From assembly GCF_030684315.1 (NCBI RefSeq), contig NC_081379.1:9136294-9200293 (forward strand): a DNA stretch of 64,000 nucleotides. Reading direction: 5' to 3'. Shown here in pieces: positions 1 to 11,615 of this stretch. The stretch's first letter is position 1, and every line of letters starts with the position of its first letter. The DNA is from Stegostoma tigrinum (Eukaryota). The notes under the pieces are model-generated. The model was not told where the DNA came from. It did not search any database and saw only the letters and a program-made list of their open reading frames with translations. The position numbers and the translations under genes were made by a program.

Positions 1-215
1 ACCATCCTGACTTCGAAGCATATCACTGTGCCTTTAGAGTTGCTAGGTCAAAATCCTGGAACTATCCCCCATACGAGCACTATGGGAGTTCCTCCATCCT
101 GAGGACTGTAGTTGTTCAAGAATGCACTCACCACCGACTTCCCAAGTGCAATTAGGGATGGACAATAAATGTTGGCCCAGCCAGCAACACCTACATTCCA
201 AAGCTGAATAAAGAA
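1..215 (+). mobile_element. 3' end of a CR1-group LINE (tail shared with a tRNA-SINE family)
   Basis: Ends GCAATTAGGGATGGACAATAAATGTTGGCCCAGCCAGC..GAATAAAG. The same body and tail recur at about 24600-24815 and 48800-48980. Confidence 0.55.
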
Positions 216-344
216 AACCTTCCAGTCATTTATTCAGAATGAAATTTGAATACCTATTGGTTATTCAACTCATGTGCACGCTTTATACAAGCTTCATAAT
301 TCTTTTCCCATTGTCCCCTTTAAAGGAGATCCAATATTTCCTCA

Positions 345-502
345 TAGGTATCAGTTGGTAACGCTCTCACCTAAGAGTCAGAAGTTTGTGAGTTCAAGTC
401 CCACTGTGGGTACATGAGCCCCACATTCTGAAAATCCACTGCAGCGCTACTCTGTCACAGGTGCCACCTTCCAAATAAGATGCTAAACCAAGGTGTTGTC
501 TG
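345..502 (+). mobile_element. Degenerate Deu-domain-type SINE, 5' part
   Basis: tRNA-like head (TCAGTTGGTA..GAGTTCAAGTCCC) followed by GGTGCCACCTTCCAAATAAGATGCTAAACCAAGG, resembling the recalled Deu domain. Confidence 0.4.
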
Positions 503-504
503 AA

Positions 505-792
505 ACATAAAGTAAGGTAGACCCAGAAATAGGCCAATCAGCCATTCGTTATGATCATGGCTGATTATTCAACTCAGCACCTTGTTCCCATGTTTTCCCT
601 TTGATCTCTTCCACCCTGAGTACTATACCGAACTCCTTCTTGAAAATATTCAATGTTTTCGCCTCTGCAGTTTTCTGTAGCAGAGAATTCCACAGGCTCA
701 CCGCGCTTTGGGTGAAGAAAATTCTCCTTAACCTCAGTCCTAAATGGCTTACCATGTATCTTTTGCTAGTGACTCCTGGTTCTACAGACTGA
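505..792 (-). mobile_element. CR1/HER1 LINE 3' fragment
   Basis: ORF 555..755(-) contains LRRIFFTQSAVSLWNSL, the typical CR1 ORF2 C-terminal F(F)xxRVVxxWNxLP motif, followed by CR1 3'UTR. Confidence 0.75.
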
Positions 793-1699
793 AATTGAGT
801 GCAAAATCTCCATGGGTTTCTGGTGGATCACACGATGCCACAATTGTCTCTGGCATACCACACTATTAGGAAGAGTAAACATGGTTCTGTTAGGCAAGTT
901 TCTCAGTTCAAACTAGATACATAGAAGGGAGAAACAATCAGGACTTGCCCAGCAATAGTTAGGTCAGTCGATAACAGTTCTCCCTGTTGCTTCAACAGCT
1001 AAGAGCAATAACCAGCATCGGCAGTTCTTACAACCATATCACTCACATGTGTGACAGATGGAATGCCTTTTGGCTTGATAGCAGCATCCTGTTAGTGGTG
1101 AAAACCACTTATGTTGCTACTGCAAGAAACTAGGAGCATGTAACAGTTCTGTTGCTCACATCTGTTGCTCAAATACTTTGGAAACTTCAGCCTTCCACAG
1201 TAATCTGAGGTCAACTGGCATGTTTCAGGGCCAAAAATAACAGCCATCACACCCTTCATGAGCTTGTGCAGTATCCAGTGAGTAATAATCTAATCCGGGT
1301 AGCCACTCTTCCACAGGATGGTTTGATGAACCTTATTTGAGCATCAAGCTTGCACGGTGAATAAATGGTTCAAACCCCAATTGTGAGGTTCCTCATAAGA
1401 CCAACCTTGTAGCACCTGGAAGTGTAAGAATCCCAGTTAAGTATCCTGGCAGTGAATGATAGAGCAAATGGGGTCCCAGGTGAATGTCTCAACAGATAGT
1501 GCAGTACTCCTTCAATACTGGAGTAAAGAGACATGGCCTTTGTCCAGTGTTCAAGTGGAACTTTAATGCACAACAGAGATGAAAGAGGTTGTGAACAGCT
1601 TTATGAGGAGCATAAAGCATTAGGTTAGAGTCATATGATCTCCTCTCAGGTCTCACATTCTGCTTAAGAATTGCCTTGAGTTAGTTATTTGAAATTCAT

Positions 1700-1866
1700 T
1701 ACTATAGAGAGCTGTTAAGGCTATGTCATTAAGTATATTCAATGCTAAAATAAACAGATTTTTAATCAATAAGGAACTCCGGGGGAAAAGGCAAAATCTC
1801 ATGAAATGACAGAGCAGATTCAGTGGGCCAATTGTTCCTGCTTCTGCCCCAAAATCTTATGTTCAT
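1700..1866 (+). mobile_element. CR1 LINE 3' fragment
   Basis: GAAATTCATTACTATAGAGAGCTGT..ATATTCAATGCTAAAATAAACAGATTTTT..TCTTATGTTC, CR1 tail-like. Confidence 0.5.
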
Positions 1867-2097
1867 GCTAACCTGTAAACTGCTTGAAAAATCTCCAGAA
1901 GTCCAGCCAAATCACTAGCCAGGACTTGATGTGAGAAATGACCCAATTCACAGCTGTGAGCACCAATCAGATCTGTAATAATCCTGAACCACTCTGACTC
2001 TCCAAGAACCAGCTCGTCAAATAACGCAAAGATTTTTAACCATCCTATTGCTTGGCTATCATCCAAAGGTGAGCCACAGACGTCTGGAATGAGTGTT

Positions 2098-2318
2098 TTG
2101 ATAATGGGAACTGCAGATGCTGGAGAATCCGAGATAACAAAATGTGAGGCTGGATGAACACAGCAGGACAAGCAGCATCTCAGGAGCACAAAAGCTGACG
2201 GTTCGGGCCTAGACCCTTCATCAGAAAAATGAAGGACCTAGGCCCGAAACGTCAGCTTTTGTGCTCCTAAGATGCTGTTTGGCCTGCTGTGTTCATCCAG
2301 CTCCACACTATGTTATCT
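2098..2318. mobile_element. Fold-back (inverted dimer) PLE family A pLTR with HHR motifs
   Basis: Two inverted arms of the family A pLTR meet at about 2225. 13-bp TSD TGGAATGAGTGTT at 2085-2097 and 2319-2331. Confidence 0.9.
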
Positions 2319-2889
2319 TGGAATGAGTGTTAAGTTTGCTCGTTGGCCAAAACATCAGGGTGCAGTCATCTGTTTGTGCAGCACAATGGTTCATAAGACA
2401 TGTGATTGTCACTGAATTGCTCAGGAAAGCACTGACCATCGCGACGTCCGACCCTGATGCCAAAGGGCACAAAGTGTGCATTGGCATCTGCCCATTGCAC
2501 CATCAGCCTGTAGTTGTCAGTCAGATATCAACATTATGGCAACCCATCTGCTTTAGATAAAAACAGTTCAGAGTAGAAAGGAATGAGTAACAACAGAGAA
2601 ACATCAGTGAAATGGGGAGGAGTGTGGTGCATCTGAATCAACTCCAATAATGGCCAGCTTTTAAATCATACCCAGCTTGCTCTATGTAAATTCAAGTCAC
2701 TAAAATATAACAGTGCACATGCCAGTCATTCTGGTATGAGTTTCCTAATGGGGGTATTTGGGACAAATTCTCACTGAAAATGTAACTTTAACCCTTAATC
2801 TGCTTTAAAGAAAGTTATACTTCTTTGTTTGAACAACATAAAAAAGTGTGTCAAGCAGGAAATTCACCATTGTCCCTCTTTCTCATTCA

Positions 2890-3070
2890 AGAGAGAGAGA
2901 GAAATGGTGGTGGTTTAACCTGAGGGTTACCATGCTTCAGGAAAGAGACAAGCTTGAGCAGGCAGGACCTCCACAGTGACCTTCACCAGCAGAAGAGGTA
3001 AGCACATACTATAGGTATCATTCTTGCATTAAGTACCAGCCATCCAGCCAACTGAGCTAGCTGACTCAAG
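2890..3070 (-). mobile_element. tRNA-derived SINE, same family as 15755-15955
   Basis: Shares TGGTGGTTTAACCTGAGGGTTACCA and CCAGCCAACTGAGCTA with reverse copies at about 38935-39135 and 51222-51385. Confidence 0.45.
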
Positions 3071-3914
3071 CACCATCTGTTTTAAACAAACCCTAATTTG
3101 CTGAGATGGGGACGCTATAATAATACTGATTAATGAGGAACAGTTGTGATTCTGAAACCTGACTGAGCCAACATGAAAACTGTTTAAGAAAGGTATTTTG
3201 TTACCCTTTACCTCTCACCTTTTGTGCATGCTTTATTTCTTCCAGCACTTCACCAAATAATTTCAGATAGTATCCCCTATTTACAATTGAAATAAATTGT
3301 GCTCCCTCCAGCATTCGCCTTTGACCTGCAAGTCATGCAATAAAAATTCAACTTCTGACAAGCTAGCAGCACGTTGAAAGGTCAATTTTTCAGGCCTGTC
3401 AGAGTCCCTGTCACTGGATAAGATATTAAATTGAGACTCCTCCTTCCCTTTCAAATGGAAGATAAAGATCCTAATGCAGTATTCCAGGAGGAGCAGAGGA
3501 GTTCTGCCTGTCTCCTGACTAACATTTATCCTGCAATCAGTGTCATGAAAATCGATTATTTTTCACTGCCATTTGCAGGGCCAGGCTTATGGGCACATGT
3601 TTCCTGTTATGCTTGCTGAAAATTCTTCAAAGGCATGTACTGCACCAAACAAGAACTACTCTGCTTTTTTTCTGAGTCATCTGAGAGGTTGCTAGGCTCT
3701 TGGTAAAGTGACTATATCAAGCCCTAAAACGTTTTTAAGTCTGCGCTTGGAGACCTAAAGGAACCAATGTTTGGAATTGGGTTTCCTGAAAAATATCTTC
3801 AGTGGTCCCGATTTAGTTGGTTGTTCTCATTGTTGCTTTTTAAAAGTGTATGTTTGTAGCTACCCTCACACTACTCCATCGTTTCCACTGACTCTGCACT
3901 GAAGACCAGAAAAC

Positions 3915-4790
3915 TACAAAACATAAGAGAAGAAATAGGCCATTCACCCCATTGGATCTGTTCTGCCATTCAGTGAGATCATGATTAATCTAATAACCCT
4001 CAACTTCACCTTCCTATGTTTTCCTTATAACTCTGAATTTCCTGGCTGATTAAAAATCTGCCTGTCACAGCTTTGATTATACCTACTGATCCAGCCCAAC
4101 AGCCGTCTACAATAAAAAAATCCGCAGATTCATTGGCATCAAAGAGAGAAATTTCTCCTCATCTCTTTCAAATATGTGACCTCTTATTCTGTAGTTATAC
4201 CCATTGGTGCTAGAGCATACCACAAGCGGAAGCAACCTTTCCACATCTACCATGCCAAGTTCCAAGTCCCCGAAGAATCTTACATGTTTCAATTAGGTCA
4301 GTTCTCATTCTTCTGAATTCCAATCAGTACAGGCCAAAGGTACTTAATCTCTTTTGATAAGACAATCCCTCCATACCTAATTCGGCCTAGTAAACCCTCT
4401 CTGGACTGGTTCCCATGGCAGTATATCTTTCCTTCAATAAGGGGACCAAAAAGATTCACAGTGTTCAAGCTGTGGTCTGACCAGTGCCTTGCATAGTTTC
4501 TGCAAAATCTCCACTCCTCTTATATTCCATTCCCTTTGAAATAAAGCCCAGCATTCGATTTGCCTTCCCTAATACCAACAGACCTTGGGTACCAGATTTT
4601 TGTGATTCATGGATGATGCCTCCTAAATCCCTCTGTTCTATAGCTTTCTGCAGTCTTTCTCCATTTAAGTAATATTCTGATCCTCTATTTTTCCTGCCAA
4701 AGTGGATGACCTCACATTTTCTCACATTATGTTCTATCTGCCAAGTTTCTGCTCACTTGCTTAACCTTATATGTCCCTCTGCAGGCGCTT
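3915..4790 (-). mobile_element. CR1 LINE ORF2 C-terminal fragment plus 3'UTR
   Basis: ORF 4465..4725(-) KCEVIHFGRKN..YYLNGERL..QRDLG..KANRMLGFI, with frameshifts. Confidence 0.85.
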
Positions 4791-4854
4791 TGTTCCTTCA
4801 AGCTATTGATCACTCACAACTTTCGGTTCTAGCAAAAGATCATTAACCTGATAA

Positions 4855-4920
4855 CTCTCTCTCTCTCTCTCTCTCTCTATCTGCCTCTCTCTCTCTCTCT
4901 ATCTGTCTCTCTCTCTCTCT
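4855..4920. repeat. (CT)n microsatellite
   Basis: Visible imperfect CT tract, apparently expanded inside a degenerate family B pLTR. Confidence 0.9.
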
Positions 4921-5089
4921 CATTCTCAGAACAGTGCCTGAGCTACTGAAAGTTCTGCTTGTATTTATTGTGTGGCTATATGGTACTTACTAACAGGGAG
5001 AAGCTAAGATTTATCAAATTGTAATGTACCACAATTTGGTGATGCATTAAGTAGTTTCTGCCAAGTGCTACACAGGTCACACAAGAAGC

Positions 5090-5190
5090 AGAATAGAAAA
5101 CTACTGGGATATTCATCAGGTCTGGCAGCATTTGTGGAGTGACACATTGAGTTAATGTTTCAAGCTGTGATCACCGTTGATCAGAACTAA
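5090..5190 (-). mobile_element. Degenerate PLE family B pLTR
   Basis: CAGGTCTGGCAGCATTTGTGGAG..GAGTTAATGTTTC..ATCAGAACT is the reverse complement of the family B pLTR. Confidence 0.55.
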
Positions 5191-5514
5191 GGAAACATGG
5201 TACTTTATTTAGTAGGTAGTGTAGGAGAGAGGGGGCAGGATGGACAAAAGCAGTCAGCCTGTGATCGTGTGCAACAGGGAGAGATTAATTCACAATATTT
5301 GTCACGGTTCAAAAGCCTAAGGAAGATTAAAGGGACAGGTAAGGGAACCAAAGATATGATGAGACAAGGTGTGAATGGTGGGTTAGCAGCTACCCAGATG
5401 CAACAAGATGGAATAGGAAAGACATAATAAAAAATAAATTAACAACAAAAGAGGAAAATGGAGGCAGAGGTCATGATCTAAAACAAATTGCTTTTGTGAC
5501 AGATAACCTGTTAT

Positions 5515-6145
5515 AAAAACACAAGATTTAGGAGCAGAACCAGGCCATTCAGCCCATTGGATCTGCCCGTCCATTCAATGAAATAGTGGTTGATCTGGTA
5601 ATCCTTGACTCCACTTTCTTGCTTCATCCCATAATCCTTGATTACCTCACTGATCGAAAATCTACCTACCTCAGACTTGAATATCACTAATGACCCAGCC
5701 TCAATTGGGGCAGCCTCATGGTTCAGCGGTTAGCACTGCTGCCCAAAAGTGCCAGGGATCTGGGTTCAAATCCAGCCTCGGGCAACTGTCTGTGTGGAGT
5801 TTGCACATTCTCCCCGTGTCTGTGTGAGTTTCTTCCTGTGCTCCAAAGAGGCGTAGGTTAGGTGGATTGGACCATAGTAAATCACTCATTGTAGTTGTTT
5901 GGTGGATTAGCCACAGGGTTAGAAGGATAGGATGGGGAGTGAATCTGGGTGGGTTGCTCTTTAGACAGTTGGTGTGGACTCGTTGGGCTGAGTGGCCTGT
6001 TTCCACAATAGGGATTCTATGGGGCACTCTGCAGTAAGGGATTCACTAGACTCTGAGAGGGGAAAAGAAAATTCCTCTTCATCCCTGTTTTAAAAGGGTG
6101 ACTCCTTACAGTGAGACTTTGCCCCTTGTCCCAGACTCTCTCACC
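5515..6145 (-). mobile_element. CR1 LINE 3' fragment interrupted by an HE1 SINE
   Basis: CR1 3'UTR (AGGCCATTCAGCCC..CCATTCAATG) resumes after the SINE at about 6020. Confidence 0.65.
5707..6020 (+). mobile_element. HE1-type V-SINE
   Basis: tRNA A/B boxes (TGGTTCAGCGG, GGTTCAAATCC), V-domain TGTGTGGAGTTTGCACATTCTCCCCGTGTCTG, and HER1-like tail TTGGGCTGAGTGGCCTGTTTCC. Confidence 0.9.
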
Positions 6146-6697
6146 TGTTACATTGCAATCTTGTACTTGAGGTTAAAATGACAAAACGTGAGATTTCTAT
6201 GTTCAATCCCTTCAAGAGAAAGATTATTTTTCTTTTGGAAATTAAATGCATTTGAAACATTTTCTGGTATTACATTCCGTGCACCCACCTCCCCATCTTT
6301 GGCCTCCCCTACGGAAATACCTTCATGATTTTTAAGTCAGATGTGAGGCACATTACACACTCTGTGCCAAACTATGTGAGCTATGTCCTGAGTACCGAAA
6401 TGTTTGGAGATTTTCATATGAAAAGAGTTGAGGGAAGCATGCCCTTATTTTTATAAGGTGAGAAGGATTGCCATTGTGTCTGTAATAAGTGGCCAGGAGA
6501 CATTGGGTCAAGCTCCACCTCCTTCAGACGTGTGTAAGTACATCTCTGAGCATGTTGATTATAAAACATATCTGTATCAAAGCTAAAAGGTTCTTCTGGT
6601 GCAGTTGTAATATCCCTACCTCTGAGCCAGGAGGCCAAGGCTCACGGCCCACCTGCTGCAGAGGTGTATTTATCATATCCCTGCACAGGCTGATTAG

Positions 6698-6975
6698 GAT
6701 GGCAAGGTGACTCAGTGGTTAGCACTGTTGCCTCACACCACCAGGGTTCGATTCTGCCTTCAGCTGACTACCTGCGTGAAGTTTGCATTTTCTCCCTATG
6801 TCTGTGTGGGTTTCCTCCAGGCGCCCTGTTTTCCTCCCACAAAGTTGTGCAGGCTGGGTGGATTGGCCATGGGAAATGCAGTGTTACTGGAGTAGGTCTG
6901 GGTGGGTTGCTGTTTGGAGAGGTGTTATGGGCTGAATGGCCTGTTCCCATTCTGTAGGGATTCTATTCTATTTAT
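6698..6975 (+). mobile_element. HE1-type V-SINE
   Basis: GTGACTCAGTGGTTAGCACTG..GGTTCGATTC, V-domain, and CR1-type tail. Confidence 0.85.
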
Positions 6976-7347
6976 AAGAATATCCATCTGTGCCAATGGT
7001 CTGGTGAAATGGCAGGAGTGCTTGTAAAAGAAGATGAAAAGACAGTGGGCCCAGAGGAAGAAAGGAATGCATTTGTACAGCACCTTTCATTATGTCAGGT
7101 TGTCCCAAAAGATTTCCTACCCAATAAATTAATTTTCAACTGTGATCACAGAATAGGAAATATAGTTGCCAATTGGCAAACAACTAGCTCCTACAAACAA
7201 CAGCATGATGATGACTTGATAATCTGTTTTAGTGAGACTACTTGAGGGATTAATATGGACTTGGGACTTCAGGGACAATACCTTTGCTCTTCTTAGTTAT
7301 TAGATGTCTGTTAGTGTTTTGTGTTTGAAGTCATCAATCTTAGGTTG

Positions 7348-7430
7348 AGATAACACAGTATGGAGCTAGAGGAACACAGCAGGACAGGCAGCAGAGGAGC
7401 AGGAAAGTTGATGTTTCCGGTCGGAGCCCG
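7348..7430 (-). mobile_element. PLE family A pLTR fragment
   Basis: GATAACACAGTATGGAGCTAGAGGAACACAGCAGG..GAGCAGGAAAGTTGATGTTTCCGG. Confidence 0.75.
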
Positions 7431-7774
7431 ATGGTATATGAGTTTCAATGCCAGTGTGATGCCAGCTATATAGGTTGTACATCCCAGACATTGGTGGATA
7501 ACATCAATGAGAATATCCCTTTAGCTGTTTGTTACAAGCTAAGTGCTGATCATGTGCTTGCAGAAGTCACAGCACTCTGGCCAACATTAGTTGTAATTCC
7601 CAACTGAACAACACTTGCTGCCTAATCCTGAGTGCGCTAAGAATGATGCTGACAACAGTTTTAGGATGGTCAGTCAAGTCTACAATATGGTGCACTTCTG
7701 TGAATTGGAAGCTACATTCATGGATACACAAAGCTGTGTTCTTTCCAGGTAGAAAGAATATGTATGCGTGTTGC

Positions 7775-8162
7775 TCCTGTCTCAACTAAAAAAAGCCATT
7801 TTCCAGTTCATTTCTCAGGGCAACACTTTGATCAGTTAGACTCAATCTGCCTCATTTAAAATTTGGTTAGATGTTACAGGACACCAGGTTATATACAGGT
7901 TTATTTGAAATCATAAGCTTTCCGAACGCTGCTCCTTTGTCCTCTGACAACACCGGTATTTCCACATCATTTAAAGCTTAAACTAAGCTCAGCAGTTAAC
8001 TGTCAGTCAGTATTAAGTGGTCCATTCTCCATGGTGACATCCCTACCAATCAGTACTCTGCTCTCATATAGTAGAAGTGCTGTTTTTCCCTTGGGTAATT
8101 CCTGTGATGTCTTGATGATTGCAAAATGCAATGCTTGAGCAAAATGTTTCCGTTTTCAACAA
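7775..8162 (+). mobile_element. Old repeat, probable PLE family D 3' end
   Basis: Shares CCATGG..ACCAATCAG and a degenerate CTGATGA-TGCAA block with the copy at 12030-12312. Confidence 0.4.
7872..7970 (-). mobile_element. PLE family E pLTR remnant
   Basis: Reverse strand reads GACAAAGGAGCAGCGTTCGGAAAGCTT..AATAAACCTG..TATAACCTGGTG, a decayed CTGATGAAGGAGCAGCGCTCCGAAAGC-type HHR. CATTTAAA lies on both sides. Confidence 0.5.
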
Positions 8163-8982
8163 CACAACGAAATGACTAAATATTATTCACCCTTTGCAAG
8201 CTCCAAACCTTCACGAATGCCCTTTTAAAATGATGCTTTTCTTCTCCCCCTTTTTCTTTCAAACTGAGGCACAACATCCTTTCTAGTGTTTTAACAGACG
8301 TATTAACATGGCTTGGCCAATAATGTCCTTGCTAGTGAATCAGAAAGCTGTGGATGCAACTGCTATGAATGTGATCCCAGCTCCTGGCTGTGTCTGACAT
8401 CCCAGCAAGCTACTGAGGGATTGGCCCAATCACAGAGGTCCAGTCACGAGGTTCAGAAAGGGCTGAAGATCTAACGCTAGGATTGATACTAAGATGGTGG
8501 AAGCAGCTCGAGAGGAAGCATTGGGGCTCCTGAACCCATCCCTTCCCGTTCACCAGGCTGGCCACGTCCTTCTTCTCCTTTTCTTTTCTTCATCTTCATC
8601 TCTTCTTATTTTTGGCACAGTTGGCAGAGGAAAGTAATGATGTTGGGCCCAGAGTGGGACTCATGGCGATGGTGGTGAGCTGGTGAGCCCGGAGAGGGAA
8701 TCTGTGAGCATGGCTCCTGTCGGGCAATGGTGGCAGTGTTGGTAGGCTGGGAGCCCGGAGGCCCGTATAGAAATCCCAGAGTTCATTATAGAGAGATCCC
8801 AGCCAATGTCAAGCGGAGTAACAGATGGGAACAAAAGATGAACTCTTTTTCAGTAATTTCTTTCGATATATTTTGTAATTCAAAATGCCACCGGAGCATG
8901 CTGACAATTTACGCTTTTCACAGCCTTTTTTTAAAATATATGTGACAGTAGATTGTGCATTCCTTCATTTAGAAGAGAAGTC

Positions 8983-9232
8983 GTCCTGGTATCCTCCCTA
9001 CCTCCCCACCTATACTCTCCTCTCCACCTATCTTCTTTTCTCTCCATCTTCGGTCCGCCTCCCCCTCTCTCCCTATTTATTCCAGAACCCTCAGCCCATC
9101 CCCCTCTCTGATGAAGGGTCTAGGCACGAAACGTCAGCTTTTGTGCTCCTGAGATGCTACTGGGCCTGCTGTGTTCATCCAGCCTCACATTTTATTATCT
9201 TGGATTCTCTAGCATCTGCAGTTCCCATTATC
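8983..9232 (+). mobile_element. PLE family A 3' end (pyrimidine-rich UTR plus pLTR)
   Basis: Closely matches the reverse complement of 20041-20290. HHR at 9108-9135 has one stem II mismatch. Confidence 0.9.
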
Positions 9233-10860
9233 ACTGATCCACTATGTCTGTGTCAGCTCTCTGGTAAAGAAACTTGCCTTGTTCTCCCTTTCCCTGCCTT
9301 TTCCCTGTAGCCTTGCAACATTTTCTTCTCTTTGGGAAAATTATCCAATTCACTTGTGAAAGCCACAATTGAAGCTGCCTCCGCTACACTCTCAGGCAGC
9401 GCATTCCAGATCCTGACAATTCACTCCATTAAAGCATTCCTGCTCATTTCATCTTTGGTTCCTCTGCCAACCACCTTGAATGGGTGTTCCCTGGATTTCT
9501 GCCTTGCCTCCAGTGGGAACACTTTCTCCCTGTCTGATCTGTCTAGATCCAGCATGGGCTTGGAAACTTTGATCAGACTTTTTCTATCAGCCTTCTCTTC
9601 CTTCCAGAGAACAGTGTTTCAACACCATCCTCATAACTAAAGTGCCTATTCTCGTACTGTTCCGTAATTCTTTGTGAGAAGAATTCCAGAAAGATTTGCA
9701 ATTGTTAAGTATTGTTTTAATAACCTTGGGATGTCTCAAAATATTTTCTAAACAGTGGAGTTGAAGTGCAGTCACTTCTGTACTTGATGTTGGTACTTTA
9801 TGTCGAGCAAGCTCCGTACATTTTTTTTATTAATGTATTTTTCTTAACAAGCCTATTCAGAGATGTTATTACATCTGGAGCATGTGGGACTTGAACCCAA
9901 GCCTCCTTGTCCAGGGGTAGGGATCTACCTCTGCACCACAAGAGCCCCTCAGCAAGCTATACCAACAGCAATACGATAATTGAGAACATCTGTCCAGTGG
10001 TGAGTACATAATGCGCAGGACACTGGGGGGAATTGCTCTGCTGCACTTCAGAAAATGGGATCTTTTACAACAAAGTGATGAGCAGATGGACCCTGGTTTA
10101 ACATCACATCCAAAAGATGCGAACATTACAGAAATACTGGACGCTTACCTCTTCTGATCAATTCATCACCATTCGGTAAGCAACACGACAACATGTTATC
10201 AATTCATTCACTGGCTCGGCTAACATTTATTGTCTGTCCCTAATTGCTTAAAACTCTCAAGAATGTTTCTCCAACAAACTCACAACACCCTAATTACTGA
10301 ACAAAGACGGTATTTTGCAGATGGTACAAGGGCAGAAAGCACAGAGAAATTGTCATTGATCAGAATTTACCCTTCATTTCGAGTGGGAAAGAGATGTCAC
10401 GGCAACTCTGTAGGTTTAATTAATTTTGTTCTTGTCCTTGAGAAGGAGGTGGCTGAGAGGATATTAATTAAGTGAAGACTGAGTAGCCTAAGGAATGATT
10501 TTAACTCTGGGGTCTAGCTTCTTTTATTTTTATAGGAATAAAAAAATCTAAAATTAAATCTACTTCACCTCAGATGTGACAATGTGAAGAGGCTGAACTA
10601 GCTTTTGTTCGTATTGATTAACTGGCCATGCTTCAGCAATCATACATATCTCAATGTAACTCTCTGTGGGCTTGAGCAACGTCAGGGTGTCAGATGCTGG
10701 GAATTCTGTGGCGAGTTATTCATTTCAGCCTCCCCAGGGCCCACTGAGCATCTGAAAGGCATGAGAGTCAGAAATGCAATGAAGCACTCTCTGAAATGCA
10801 GTGCAACAATACGCAAAAAAGTTCAATAGAAGCAAAACAAAGCAGTCTGGTTGATCAGCA

Positions 10861-11081
10861 GATAACAAAGTGTGAAGCTGGATGAACACAGCAGGCCAAG
10901 CAGCATCTGAGGAGCAGGAAAAGCTGATGTTTCGGGCCTAGACCCTTCATCATCCATTTCTGAAGGGTCGAGGCTCGAAACGTCAGCTTTCCTGCTCCTA
11001 AGATGCTGCTTGGCCTGCTGGGTTCATCCAGCTCTACACCTTGTCATCCTGGGTTCTCAAGCATCTGCAGTTCCTATTATC
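10861..11081. mobile_element. Fold-back PLE family A pLTR
   Basis: Inverted arms. TSD TCTGGTTGA(T/C)CAGCA at 10846-10860 and 11082-11096. Confidence 0.9.
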
Positions 11082-11279
11082 TCTGGTTGACCAGCATCAA
11101 CCTTCCCTTTGACGTCACCTTCTTCACTCTGATTCTGACTCTGACCATTTACAGGTTCAAAGGAACATCACCATCACCTCCAAGACATAAACTATCCTGG
11201 CTAAGGAACTTCGTTCATTATCTAGGGATCAAAATCTCTTCCTAACAGGACTGTGCATGTACCTAAAACACATGAAGTT

Positions 11280-11615
11280 TTTTTTAAATTCATTCACAGA
11301 ACAAGGGCATCACTAGCTAGGCTAGCATTTATTGCCCATCCGTAATTGAGGGCAGTTAAGTGTAAACCATGTTGCTGTGGGTTTGGAGTCACGTGTAGGC
11401 TAGACCAGGTAAAGATGGCAGTTTCCTTCATGACTGAACCAGATGGGGTTTTTTTTCCCAACAATCAATTCGTGGTCATTATTGGACTCTTAATACCAGA
11501 TTTTTATTCCAATTTCACCATCTGTCATGGTGTGAGTTGAACCTGGTCCCCAGAATATTACCTGGATCTCTGGATTAATTACTGAATGGTGATACTGCTA
11601 GACCATCACCTTCCC
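11280..11615 (-). mobile_element. tRNA-derived SINE with CR1-group tail, inserted in its partner-LINE fragment
   Basis: Reverse complement of the 29973-30330 family. Flanks at about 11150-11280 and 11615-11715 are LINE 3' sequence like 1-215. Confidence 0.75.

Larger units (their letters stand above)
795..2540 (+). pseudogene. Decayed leucine-rich-repeat gene (LRRNT-like, several LRRs, LRRCT-like), interrupted by repeats
   Basis: Hand translation across frameshifts gives, in order: TRCHNC..LLGKFLSSN*IHR; DLPSNS*; LQQLRAITSIGSSYNHITH; LHELVQYPVSNNLIR; GLMNLI*ASSLHG; GLDVRND; NPEPL*LSKNQLVK; HLFVQHN..TCDCH..CQRAQSV. These fit LxxLxLxxNxL repeats and an NxWxCDC cap. Confidence 0.45.

Noticed and set aside
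1863-2189. 108-aa minus-strand ORF ending at an AG|gttagc donor-like site
   Set aside because: Its start is in a PLE, and the region is better explained as the antisense of the plus-strand LRR relic.
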